Counted from the stretch's first letter, positions 27,864 through 37,282 are shown. The stretch: DNA of 52,846 nucleotides from an uncultured Verrucomicrobiota bacterium (GCA_964570325.1 CAZMXS010000029.1:1-52846); one strand, 5' to 3'. The notes: generated by a model from the sequence alone, not told the origin. Made by a program: numbers and translations.

Positions 27864-30800
27864 TCAAGGCACGACCAGCCGATAATAACCGCGCGGCTGG
27901 CCCGCAATGGTATTGGTCACCACCAGCTCTTCGTCCCGCGCGGCCGTGATCAGGGCGCCGACATCCTGCCAGGCCGCCGGCAGATTGGTGGCCATTTGCA
28001 CGCGATAGGTGACGCCGGATCCCGCCTGCCAGGCGAGCATGAAGCCTGGCGGATTGAAGATCGGCGCGGCCGCGCCAACATGCAGATAGGAACCGCCGTC
28101 CCAGGGATCCGTGCGCGCGCGATACTCGGACAGGTTCGGATAGCGGTCACCGTCCGAATCCAGCGCGGCATCGGCGCGCAGGCGCGGATTCAGGCCATGC
28201 GCCAACTCCCACTCGTCGTTCATCCCGTCGCTGTCGTCGTCCGCCTCCGCCCCAAACGGCACGCCGTTGCTGTTTGAATCCACCACCGCCTGCAAGGCGT
28301 CCACATACACGGTCGCCGGACCCGTCACGGGCAGGTCTATCTGCAGATACAGGTTCAACCACACCGAACTGTCATGCCGCGTCCAGTCATACGGGATCAC
28401 CAGTGTGTGCCAGGCCCCGTCGTTCGGGCAGGCGTTGGTCCCGAGGTTGTCCCAACCCGTCTCGCTGCTCTGCATGATCAGCCGGAATGACGCCCACGCC
28501 ACATTGGTCGGCGTCCGCGCTCGCAGATACACGCAATTATAGTTGGTCCACGTCAACGCATCCTGCCGCGCGCTGAAGTCCGCCATCACGGTCTTGCCGT
28601 AAGGCGACGACGAATTGTCGAAGTCCACGCGCACTCCCGCCCGTCCCTCGTATGGCTGGTTCGTGTCCAGCGTCACGGCGAACGGCGCCCCACCCCCGCC
28701 CCAACCCTCCAGCGAGCAGTTCCACCCGTACACATATCCCCGCAAATCGTCGGCATGCAGAAAATGCCGGCGCCCATTCTTCATCGCATTCAACCATCCG
28801 TAGTACGCCGACTGCACGGCCGCGTTCGAGGTCACCGTCCAGTTCACCCAGTCGCTTTGCGCCTCGGCCTCGATCTTATACCAGTTGAACCAGTTGATCG
28901 CCTTCAGCATCGGCAACTGCTCGGCCACGTCCCGCGCATTGGCGTTATCGCCGCCGATATTGAACAACTGCTCCATCCACCGGTTCTTGATGTATAATTC
29001 ATCGTTCGTCTGCTGCGGCGGCCAATAGGGATTCCCTGAACTCGGACACGACGGCCGGTAATAACCCGCGGTTTCCGGCACCATCATCGGCTTATCCCGG
29101 CCCACCGCCCAAATTGCATGGAAATCCGGGTTCCAGGTGTTGTCGCCGTTCGGCCCGTTATAGTTGCCGGTGATCTGCGACCAGAATTTATTCGTCTCCG
29201 GCCAGCAGTTGTACCACCACGGGTACACCGTCCCCCAATGGTACAGCGTCATTCCCACCCAATCCACATACGCGTCGCCCGGATAAAACGGCTCGTATGG
29301 ATCGTCCTGCAGCACGCCGCCGTCATTCTTCAGGTATCCGTCTCCATTGCTGTCCAGCAGATACCAGTCCGCGGCCGATCCGTAGCCCGCCACGTAGGTC
29401 GCCTTGGTCATGTTATTGTACGCCCCATAGGGATAGGCGCCCGCCACGTTCGGCGCCCACAGCAAGGCGGTGTTGGTCGCCGTCGCGTGCACACTGCTTG
29501 CCAGCAGGCGGAATTTCTCCCGATACAACGCCGGCCGCATCTTCCATGCATACCAGTCCCCGTTCATCTCATGCGCAAACCGGATCATGATCGGCACACC
29601 GCGGCCGTTCCAGTACGCGCACCAGTTCGCAAACGACTGACAGTCGTTGCTCGTGATGCTCCCCAACCCCGCCGTCGGCTCCAGCGTCGCCACGAACATG
29701 CCCCCCACCTCGCGCACCAGCGCGATATGGTTGCTCAACGCCAGGTAATGCGGCGCGTCCACCGGGAACACCGTGAAGTCCACGAACGCCGTATGGTCCC
29801 AGCCCACCCGCGCGTTGAACTGCAACGGCGACTCCTGGCCCCAATCGAGGTTCGCCCCGATCATGCACCCGGCCGCCGGCTCCAGGCGCGCCAGCGCCGA
29901 CACGGCCTGGGTCGTCAGGTTCAACGCGTCACACTTGAATGCCGCGTTGAGCCCCTGGCCCTCCGCCGCAATCACCGCCCGCACCTTCACCGTGTTCGTC
30001 GGCGCCCAGCCCTCCACCTCGTAATAGGTCCAGTCCGGCCCCACGCCCGAGACAACGGCAATGTTGGTCCCAATCATGTGGTCGCTGCCGTCATAATACT
30101 CCAGTTTCAGATACAGCCCGCTGAAGGTGTAGTTCGTGTCCGCGCAAAAATAGCCCGACAGCCAATACTTTGCCGCTCCGCTGCGCGCCACATCCTGATA
30201 CCAACCGCCGCTGGCGTTGGCGCCACCCCAGTTATGCAAGCTCGCCAACCACCCGTCCCCATCGTAGGAGCCCCAATTCTCCCGCGTCGCGTCGCCCCAC
30301 CGATTCCAATACTGGGCCGCCGCGTTCGCGTTGGTTGTCCCATCCGGCCCGTAACGGAAACCACCGTTCTGCAACAGCGTCGGCGCCTCGGGCGGCAGCC
30401 CACCCGTCGTCGAAAACGTGATACTGGTCGCCGCCGCCGCCAGGCATGCGCCGTTTTCCACGGCCTGCCCGGCGAAAGCGAAATACACCGTCTGGCTGTA
30501 GTCCAGCGCGGGGGTGATCGTGAAGGTGGTCTTGGCCTCGTTGACGCTGACGCCAAATGGCACCCACGCGCCTCCCGCGTGGCTCAAGCGGACCACCACC
30601 AGATTGCTCAAGGCCGCCGTCCCGTTCAGCAGCGGCAGGCCATTGGTGTGGCGCATCGCCGCGGAAAAGGCGACTTGAATCGAACTGCCCGGCGCGACGC
30701 CGGTCGCGCCATCGGCCGGCGCCACCGTGTAGGGCGGCACGTACACCAACGGCGTCCCCGCCTGCGTCAGTTCGGCGTTGTCGAACTCCGCCTGGTTGGA

Positions 30801-32972
30801 ACCCGTGCTGTGGGAATAACCCATCGAGACGCGCACGGCGTTCACGCTGGCCACATTGGCGGTGACGGAAAGACTGTGCACGATCCAGGCGGTGGACGTG
30901 GCCAGCATATCGGCATAAATGTTGCGCTCGTTGACCGCGCTGGTGGCGCTGCCGGAAAGCGCCTCGATCCGCATCCAGATGTTGGAGGTGGTCGAACGCA
31001 GGTTGCCCAGCCGGCCGGTGATGCGGAAGGTGTACTGCCCGCCGTCCAACGGCGTAACGCGGCAAACCTGATAGAAGGTACCGGAGGAGCCCGGCGTCCA
31101 AGTCGGCATGACCATGCCACCGCTCGCGGCCGGACCCGCCCACGGGGCAATCACGCAACTGCCCGACGTCTTCCACGGCGAGGGCGACTGGTCAAACGAC
31201 GCATCCTTGACCCCGGTCTTCACCAGGGTCATGCCCAACGCCGCGGTGCGCGCCACCCCGGAGGTGCACTGGCTCGCGCCGAGGGTCAGGCGATTGGTCC
31301 GGATATCGCTGGCGTACACATTGCTCGCGTTGCCGCTGAGCACCACCACGGCGCTGGTGGCGTCCAGACGCGTAACCGTGCCGACGCCAACGCCGGCGGG
31401 CAGCCCCGCGAAAGACCACTGGGATGCATTGAGACTGCCGGCAAAGGCATCGCCCTGGAGATAAACGGCGATCGGCTCGCCATTCTCGTGGCGCGCCAGG
31501 ATTTCACCATCGTCGTACATATCGAGCGGCTCGATCACCCGGTACATGGCCAGGGCATAACGTTGGCCGAACTCGCGCTGCGCGTTTCCGCTGAAATGAT
31601 GGTTATCCGGATTCCCCTCAAGGTCATCCGAGGGCGCGCAGCCCGTGCGCGCCTTGTATTGCGGCAGCGCCTGCAAGGCCGCCTGCACCGGGGCGGCGTA
31701 AGCAGAATAACTCTGGCCGGCGTTGACAAAAAAATCGCCCATTTCACCGACGATGAACGGCAAATCCGGCCGGCCGAGGTCGGCCCGCAGGTCGTCAATC
31801 AACTGGTTGAGCTTGTTGCTGTAAACGGAAGCCAGGACGGAATCGCCGCTGTCGCCCTCGCCCTGGTGCCAGATGATGCCCGCCAGGTTGCCGTAGTTCG
31901 TGGCGAACCGGACGCGGTCGAGCGTGCTCTGGTAGAGATTGGTGCCGTAATCGTTGCCCCAGCCGTCCACGTCGCCGATCGCGATGTTGTCGGTCCAGTA
32001 GATGGTCGCGGAATTGGTTTTCTGCCACCAATCAATCGCCGTGCCGCCGTGCGCGTTGGGCACCAACAGGATTTGGGTGTCCGGCCAGGCGTCCGCCAAC
32101 GTCTCGCCAAAGGTCTTGCCGGGGCCGACACCCATCCAGTTATAGACATAGTTGGGGTCGGATTCGTTGGTAATCGTGCAGTTGTAACGGAAATCGTGAT
32201 GGGTCAATGGGTCCACCGCCGCGCGCCACACTTTGCCGACGAAGGGATTATTGGTCTGGTCGGCCGGATTGCGGCGCGACAATTGCTGCACGCGCGCGTG
32301 CGGCTGGTTGGCGCCGCTGGCATAGGTGTAGGAGTAAAAGCTGTTCCAGCCGGTCATATTGGACTGGCCCAGCAGGACAAACACGTTGGTCTTCGTCACC
32401 GCCGGCGGCGGGTCGCTCTGGATCAGGCTCGCGTTGTCCCAACGGGCCACGCGATAATCACCACCCACCCCCGTACCGGCGGAAAAGCCGACTTCAACCA
32501 GAATCCGGTTGAAATTCAACCCGGAGGTGTTGGTGTAGCCCGCCGCCCAGCGCAGCCAGCCTGATGAGTTCGTAAAAGCCGCATAAATGTTATTGGTGAC
32601 GGTCTGCACGGGAGTGGCATCCTGCAGAAATTGCAGCCGCAGATAGAGGTCGGCGGTCGAGGACCGGAACTCCGCGCCGCACAGGCCGTCAACCGTAAAT
32701 TGAAACACGCTGCCATTCGAGGTGCTGACGCCGGTGACCGTCTGGCGGAACCAACCGGAGGCGCCCGCCCACCAATTGCCGAGGACGACGCCGTTGGTGC
32801 CGTCCCTGGCCGCCCACCCCGCCATCATCACCCCACCCGTGCCGGCCAGTTCCCAATGATTGGTGCCGGCTTCCATGTCGCCATTCTGCAAGAGTTCCAC
32901 CCCTGGCGCCATTGCGGCGCAGCCCCAAACCCAGACCGTCAGCCAGTGCGCGAATCTTCTCATTCGGGACAT
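27864..32972 (-). CDS. Giant secreted multidomain carbohydrate esterase/glycoside hydrolase: CBM4/9-like, SASA esterase domain, CBM-like and Ig-like domains, GH26-like domain, C-terminal TSP3-like linker and terminal beta-sandwich module
   Basis: 1702 aa; signal peptide; 'LLQNGDMEAGTNHWE' and 'LLQNGGFRYGPDG' CBM4_9-type starts; 'VFVLLGQSNMTGW...IIWHQGEGD...DNHHF' SASA/SGNH motifs; 'MIRFAHEMNGDWYAWK...MMVPETAGYY' GH26-like; ends '...DSDGMNDEWELAHGLNP...DSDGDRYPNLSEY...RGYYRLVVP'. Confidence 0.7.
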   Translation of the reverse strand: MSRMRRFAHWLTVWVWGCAAMAPGVELLQNGDMEAGTNHWELAGTGGVMMAGWAARDGTNGVVLGNWWAGASGWFRQTVTGVSTSNGSVFQFTVDGLCGAEFRSSTADLYLRLQFLQDATPVQTVTNNIYAAFTNSSGWLRWAAGYTNTSGLNFNRILVEVGFSAGTGVGGDYRVARWDNASLIQSDPPPAVTKTNVFVLLGQSNMTGWNSFYSYTYASGANQPHARVQQLSRRNPADQTNNPFVGKVWRAAVDPLTHHDFRYNCTITNESDPNYVYNWMGVGPGKTFGETLADAWPDTQILLVPNAHGGTAIDWWQKTNSATIYWTDNIAIGDVDGWGNDYGTNLYQSTLDRVRFATNYGNLAGIIWHQGEGDSGDSVLASVYSNKLNQLIDDLRADLGRPDLPFIVGEMGDFFVNAGQSYSAYAAPVQAALQALPQYKARTGCAPSDDLEGNPDNHHFSGNAQREFGQRYALAMYRVIEPLDMYDDGEILARHENGEPIAVYLQGDAFAGSLNASQWSFAGLPAGVGVGTVTRLDATSAVVVLSGNASNVYASDIRTNRLTLGASQCTSGVARTAALGMTLVKTGVKDASFDQSPSPWKTSGSCVIAPWAGPAASGGMVMPTWTPGSSGTFYQVCRVTPLDGGQYTFRITGRLGNLRSTTSNIWMRIEALSGSATSAVNERNIYADMLATSTAWIVHSLSVTANVASVNAVRVSMGYSHSTGSNQAEFDNAELTQAGTPLVYVPPYTVAPADGATGVAPGSSIQVAFSAAMRHTNGLPLLNGTAALSNLVVVRLSHAGGAWVPFGVSVNEAKTTFTITPALDYSQTVYFAFAGQAVENGACLAAAATSITFSTTGGLPPEAPTLLQNGGFRYGPDGTTNANAAAQYWNRWGDATRENWGSYDGDGWLASLHNWGGANASGGWYQDVARSGAAKYWLSGYFCADTNYTFSGLYLKLEYYDGSDHMIGTNIAVVSGVGPDWTYYEVEGWAPTNTVKVRAVIAAEGQGLNAAFKCDALNLTTQAVSALARLEPAAGCMIGANLDWGQESPLQFNARVGWDHTAFVDFTVFPVDAPHYLALSNHIALVREVGGMFVATLEPTAGLGSITSNDCQSFANWCAYWNGRGVPIMIRFAHEMNGDWYAWKMRPALYREKFRLLASSVHATATNTALLWAPNVAGAYPYGAYNNMTKATYVAGYGSAADWYLLDSNGDGYLKNDGGVLQDDPYEPFYPGDAYVDWVGMTLYHWGTVYPWWYNCWPETNKFWSQITGNYNGPNGDNTWNPDFHAIWAVGRDKPMMVPETAGYYRPSCPSSGNPYWPPQQTNDELYIKNRWMEQLFNIGGDNANARDVAEQLPMLKAINWFNWYKIEAEAQSDWVNWTVTSNAAVQSAYYGWLNAMKNGRRHFLHADDLRGYVYGWNCSLEGWGGGGAPFAVTLDTNQPYEGRAGVRVDFDNSSSPYGKTVMADFSARQDALTWTNYNCVYLRARTPTNVAWASFRLIMQSSETGWDNLGTNACPNDGAWHTLVIPYDWTRHDSSVWLNLYLQIDLPVTGPATVYVDALQAVVDSNSNGVPFGAEADDDSDGMNDEWELAHGLNPRLRADAALDSDGDRYPNLSEYRARTDPWDGGSYLHVGAAAPIFNPPGFMLAWQAGSGVTYRVQMATNLPAAWQDVGALITAARDEELVVTNTIAGQPRGYYRLVVP

Positions 32973-33021
32973 CCTTTCCTGTGAGCTAATATACCCGGCC
33001 CATCCTCCCGCTGATCCTTTT

Positions 33022-34632
33022 TCACCAATTCACCCGCTGAACCAAGGCGGCGCGCAGCACGCCCGCCATCTTCTGATGGGTAACCGCGCTGGGATGGTAA
33101 TCCGCCCCATAACCGTCCGCCGGTTCCTGCTGGGCAAACTCCAGATAAGACACATTCGTTATTCCTTTGGCCGCGAATCCGTTCACGATGTGGGTCAGCC
33201 AGGTCCGCAGGGTCGTGCGGCGATACTGGCCAATCGGCCAGTCATCGTTGGGCGTGGAACTTAAGCAGCAGAATATGGCTGGTTCGCCGTACGCGTCCCG
33301 CACCCGATTGACCAGGCCGATATAGGCGGTGCAAAAATCGGATTCGGGCGGCGACCCGATGCCGAAATCGTTCGCCCCCAGCGTGATCACGACCGCCTGG
33401 GGCACCCACTGCGCAAGATCCCACACGGATGCCGGCTCCCACGGCAGCGCGCGGGAGTACAGCTCCGGCAACGTGCCGTTGGTCGAGCCATCCACGTTGC
33501 GCCAGACACCCCGGCCGGACCACGAGATCAGTCGGCAGTCCGCCGTTACCGCCGCGGCGGCCAGCCACCCGTACGTGAGCGTCGCATTAACTGTGGCCGG
33601 ATGATAGGTGTTAGTCGCGGCGGGAGCTTCAATCCCGTACCCGCTGGTCACGGAGTCGCCGATGATTTCCAGGCGGCGCGCGGGCGCGGGCGGCGGCGTT
33701 TCCAGCATCCCGCCCTCCGGCAGTTCCAAACCCAGCACTTGAATTCGACCCACCCAGGCTTCCGTTCGCTTGACGACGCGCACCGTGTGGACGCCGGACA
33801 GCGGCTCGTCCACAATCCGGTAATGCCGCGCATGGGTCTGGAGCGGCACCCGGGTGTAAGGTCCGCCATCCACCGAAATGGCCAGGTAATTGCCGGCCTG
33901 GGGATTGGCCGGGCTGGGCCACTTGGTGATCTCGCGCACCAACAAATCCGCCTGGGCGCCGGTAAAACGGAAGGTCAGACCCACCGCCCCCCATTCGGCT
34001 TGGGGGCCTGCCGGGTCGCCCGCATCCCACCGGCCTTGATAAGCAATGCGCGGGTCGTTGGGCGCATAGCAATTGGCGCCGGCCGGACTGCGACCCGCAC
34101 CCCCCTGGCAACCGCGTTGCGCATCTTCACGCATGGCATTCGTGTAGCTCATTAAGCCTCCTGATCCCGCGGCGGGCCCCCGCTCGTGTTCCCGTACCGA
34201 CGGAGAAATCGAACCCGCAAACTGAACGGCGAAAAGGATATCGGCTTGACCGGTCCGCTGCATCGCCATGCACGCCCGATTCCCCACCAGGGGATCCGCC
34301 TGCGGGAACGCTTGCGCCTCCCGGGAGTCGCTTCCCGTCCTGTATTCCGCCCAGTTGGCAAAACCGTCGCCGCCCAAATCCGCATGAGCGCGTACACCCT
34401 GGAACCATTCGCCGGCCGTATTGGTTCCGCCCCGACGGCGCACCTGCGCCGCCACGTCCGCGCTCGTCAGCCCATCTACCCCATGCCGAAATCCGCCGTT
34501 CGTCAGCCGGTTCGCGCCAGCCGCCGCGCCCGCGAGCGCCAACCAATACCCTGCGCCGACCAATGCCATCACGACCCGCGCGCCGGCTTTCATGCGCGGC
34601 CTGTCTCCAGACGCTTTCATATTATACAACAT
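33022..34632 (-). CDS. Secreted SGNH/GDSL carbohydrate esterase (CE2-like: N-terminal beta-sandwich plus SGNH hydrolase)
   Basis: Signal peptide; 'IIGDSVTSGYG' GDS(L) block, 'ITLGANDF' block III, 'ADYHPS' catalytic Asp/His block; N-terminal jelly-roll-like region. Confidence 0.7.
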   Translation of the reverse strand: MLYNMKASGDRPRMKAGARVVMALVGAGYWLALAGAAAGANRLTNGGFRHGVDGLTSADVAAQVRRRGGTNTAGEWFQGVRAHADLGGDGFANWAEYRTGSDSREAQAFPQADPLVGNRACMAMQRTGQADILFAVQFAGSISPSVREHERGPAAGSGGLMSYTNAMREDAQRGCQGGAGRSPAGANCYAPNDPRIAYQGRWDAGDPAGPQAEWGAVGLTFRFTGAQADLLVREITKWPSPANPQAGNYLAISVDGGPYTRVPLQTHARHYRIVDEPLSGVHTVRVVKRTEAWVGRIQVLGLELPEGGMLETPPPAPARRLEIIGDSVTSGYGIEAPAATNTYHPATVNATLTYGWLAAAAVTADCRLISWSGRGVWRNVDGSTNGTLPELYSRALPWEPASVWDLAQWVPQAVVITLGANDFGIGSPPESDFCTAYIGLVNRVRDAYGEPAIFCCLSSTPNDDWPIGQYRRTTLRTWLTHIVNGFAAKGITNVSYLEFAQQEPADGYGADYHPSAVTHQKMAGVLRAALVQRVNW

Positions 34633-34673
34633 AACGTCAGAACGCGCCGCCGGATAGAATCACTCTTGCGGAT

Positions 34674-34788
34674 TAATTGTCCGTTATTGCCCATCGGTCA
34701 CAGGGCGGTCCGGCAGCCGACCGATAGCCGACGACGCGCGGGGCTGGGCCGAAAGCAGCCGGATTGCGCAGTAATTGTCCGATATTGC
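34674..34788. promoter_or_regulatory. 17-bp direct repeat pair (TAATTGTCCGTTATTGC / TAATTGTCCGATATTGC), candidate AraC-family operator
   Basis: Copies at 34674-34690 and 34772-34788 (16/17 identical), located between the araC-family gene stop and the esterase gene start. Confidence 0.35.
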
Positions 34789-35835
34789 TCAGCGCACGGC
34801 GTGCGCAAGGCGGTAACGCAGCGGCGAGAGGCCAAAGTGGCCGCGGAAGGCCTTGATGAAGGCGGCGCTGGCGGCGAAGCCGGCGCGCTCGGCCACGTCG
34901 CCAACCGGCAGGTCGGTTTGGATCAGCAGCTTGCCGGCGCGCTCCATCCGCACGCCGCGCCGGTACTGCGCGGGCGCGACGCCAAAGAAGCGGCGGAATT
35001 CGCGGATGAAATGAAACGTGGAAAATCCCGTGGCGCGCGCGATTTCCGGCAGCGGGCGGTCGCGCTGCGCCTCGTCCGCCAACAGGCTCTTGGCGCGCAT
35101 CAGGCTGCGCTCTTTCTGGCTGTATTGAATCACCAATCCCTGTCCGGCTTTGACGGCCCGCCGCCGCAAGTCCACGGCCATCATCGCCATCAGCTCGATC
35201 CAGAAATTCACAATCCAGGCCGAGCCGCACTCGGGATAGCCGCGCAACCGGGCCAGCATGCGCGCGGCGGATTGGCGCAATTGGCTGCGTGTCGGCCGAC
35301 CGAGTTGCAGGCTGGTCTCGCGGCGAATAAAAAAGTAATCGAAGAACGGCGCGAACGTCTGCGCCAGGCGCAGGTCGGAACGGGCGTCCAGGCGGTCGGA
35401 TTCGAGATTGATGTCAAACTGGATGATCAAACCGCGCCAGGGGTGTCCCGGCGCGGCCGACCATTCTGAAGAATGGGCGTACCCCGGCCGCGCGACGAAT
35501 ATATGGCCCTCCGGACAGACCTCGCTCCGACCACTGTGCAGCGTCCGCCCGCTGCCGGAGAGCGTGTAGAAGAGTTCGCTGAACGGGTGGGTATGCCCCT
35601 GGAACGCGCCGCGGCCGACGTGATCGTTCACGCCGAAATAGATGAAGTTGACCTGAACCCCCTCGAACACGGCACGGGCATCGCCAAACCAGCGGCCGTC
35701 TATTTTGCGGATCGTGGCCGGCAGCCCCTTGGGGCGCTCCTGGCCTTCGATCACCCGGGTGGATTGCTGGGCGGGACGCTTGTTCATGCGAGCCTTCGCG
35801 CGGCCGTTACACTTATTTGTGACAACCATACTCAC
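34789..35835 (-). CDS. AraC-family transcriptional regulator (N-terminal cupin-like sensor plus C-terminal dual HTH)
   Basis: C-terminal 'ARATGFSTFHFIREFRRFFGVAPAQYR' AraC HTH signature; N-terminal cupin-like 'GHTHPFSELFYTLSGSG'; true start may be MNKRP at about 35787. Confidence 0.85.
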   Translation of the reverse strand: MSMVVTNKCNGRAKARMNKRPAQQSTRVIEGQERPKGLPATIRKIDGRWFGDARAVFEGVQVNFIYFGVNDHVGRGAFQGHTHPFSELFYTLSGSGRTLHSGRSEVCPEGHIFVARPGYAHSSEWSAAPGHPWRGLIIQFDINLESDRLDARSDLRLAQTFAPFFDYFFIRRETSLQLGRPTRSQLRQSAARMLARLRGYPECGSAWIVNFWIELMAMMAVDLRRRAVKAGQGLVIQYSQKERSLMRAKSLLADEAQRDRPLPEIARATGFSTFHFIREFRRFFGVAPAQYRRGVRMERAGKLLIQTDLPVGDVAERAGFAASAAFIKAFRGHFGLSPLRYRLAHAVR

Positions 35836-35837
35836 AA
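35817..35837. promoter_or_regulatory. Inverted repeat TTGTGA-N9-TCACAA at the 5' end of the araC-family gene
   Basis: Seen directly; lies either in the 5' UTR (if the start is 35787) or in the first codons (if 35835). Confidence 0.25.
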
Positions 35838-36093
35838 GCTACGGCGCCCGGAAGTTCAAAATGCAAGCCGCGTAGGCGGCACATGGCTTCCCGGCCGGGT
35901 TACCGGCCAGAGCCAGAGTTCACCTCCCCAGCCCGGCAAACTTACCGGGAAACGGGAACAACCTTCGCGCGGGAAACCGCCTTGGGATTTATCGGTTTGC
36001 CACGGGCGCCCGGTCTCTTCATATTTAATCGCATGAGCCACGTATGCGCGGATAATCGGGTCCGAGCCCGCGCCCGGGCGGGAGCGCCAGCGT

Positions 36094-37209
36094 ATGAGCG
36101 ATGAAATCAAGAAGTTGAGCCTGTCCGTGCTGTCCAAGGGCGCGCGCGCGCAATTCGCAATCGGTCTCGCGCTGGTCTCGGTAATCCCCCTGCTGACTTT
36201 CTGGTACCTGAGCCTGTTCGTCCACGCGGATCGGCCCTTTTACAGCTACCAGTCCTTGGCCCTGCTGGTGATGGTCTGCGCCATGGGCTTCAGCGGCTAC
36301 GCCATCCTGCACAAGTATCCGCTCAATATTGTCCGCCTGCGCGACTACCTGGAGCACATCATCCAAGGCAAGCTCCCCGAACAGGTCAAACTGGTCACGG
36401 GCGAGGACGACATGCGCGTGGTGGAAAAATGCCTGAACCTGATCCTCGTTCAACTGCAGGAGCGGCTCGAGATCCTGCAGGCGGAAAAAGCAGCCCTGCA
36501 ACAGAAGGTCTTTCAACTGCAAAAAATGGAATGCCTGAGCGTGATGGCGGCCGGCACGGCGCGCGCCTTCGACCATCTGCTGGCCGATATCGGCAGCCAG
36601 TTGACGCGGACTGGTCCGGCGCTGGCGGCCGGCCCGGGGGATATCGAGACACTGCTTCGCCGCGGCGCCGCGCTGACCAATCAGATGCTGGTCTATGCCG
36701 GTCAGGGCCGATTCGTCATGGAACGGGTGGATCTCGTGCCGCTGGTGCGCGATACCGTCCGGATGCTGAACGCTTCCGGCGATGGCCTGCGCGTGGAGTT
36801 TGCCTCCGAATGCCCCACCCTGACCGTCACCGCCGACCCCGCTCAACTGCGGCAGGCGCTCATCAACCTGGCGACCTTCGCCAGGGACTCGGCCAAGCCG
36901 CGGCAGGCGCTGATACGCATCTCCACGGCGCCGCTGAAGACGAATCCCGACGTTTTCAAGGACTGCGTGATCCAAGGCGTCCGGCCGCGCGACACCGCCG
37001 CTTGCATTGAAGTCAGGGACAACGGCCCCGGAATTGCCCCGGAGGTTTTGCCCCGGATCTTTGAGCCCTTCGCCGGATCAAAATCCGACGACCGTGGCCT
37101 GGACCTGGCCGTCATCCCCAGCATCCTCAAGGCGCACAAGGGCGCGGTGGCGGCGGATAGCGAGGCCGGCAAAGGCGCCCGATTCCGGCTCCTGCTCCCG
37201 ATACATTAA
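36094..37209 (+). CDS. Sensor histidine kinase (intramembrane-sensing type, no periplasmic domain)
   Basis: Two closely spaced TM helices, coiled-coil, H-box 'AAGTARAFDHLLADIGS', HATPase_c ('EVRDNGPGI', 'GLDLAVIPSILKAHKG'). Confidence 0.8.
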   Translation: MSDEIKKLSLSVLSKGARAQFAIGLALVSVIPLLTFWYLSLFVHADRPFYSYQSLALLVMVCAMGFSGYAILHKYPLNIVRLRDYLEHIIQGKLPEQVKLVTGEDDMRVVEKCLNLILVQLQERLEILQAEKAALQQKVFQLQKMECLSVMAAGTARAFDHLLADIGSQLTRTGPALAAGPGDIETLLRRGAALTNQMLVYAGQGRFVMERVDLVPLVRDTVRMLNASGDGLRVEFASECPTLTVTADPAQLRQALINLATFARDSAKPRQALIRISTAPLKTNPDVFKDCVIQGVRPRDTAACIEVRDNGPGIAPEVLPRIFEPFAGSKSDDRGLDLAVIPSILKAHKGAVAADSEAGKGARFRLLLPIH

Positions 37210-37282
37210 GCGACGGATCACGGCGCCCCGTTCCGCTCCCCGCGAACAGAGAGCTTTGGGACAAACCGTCTGAATGCAAGTT

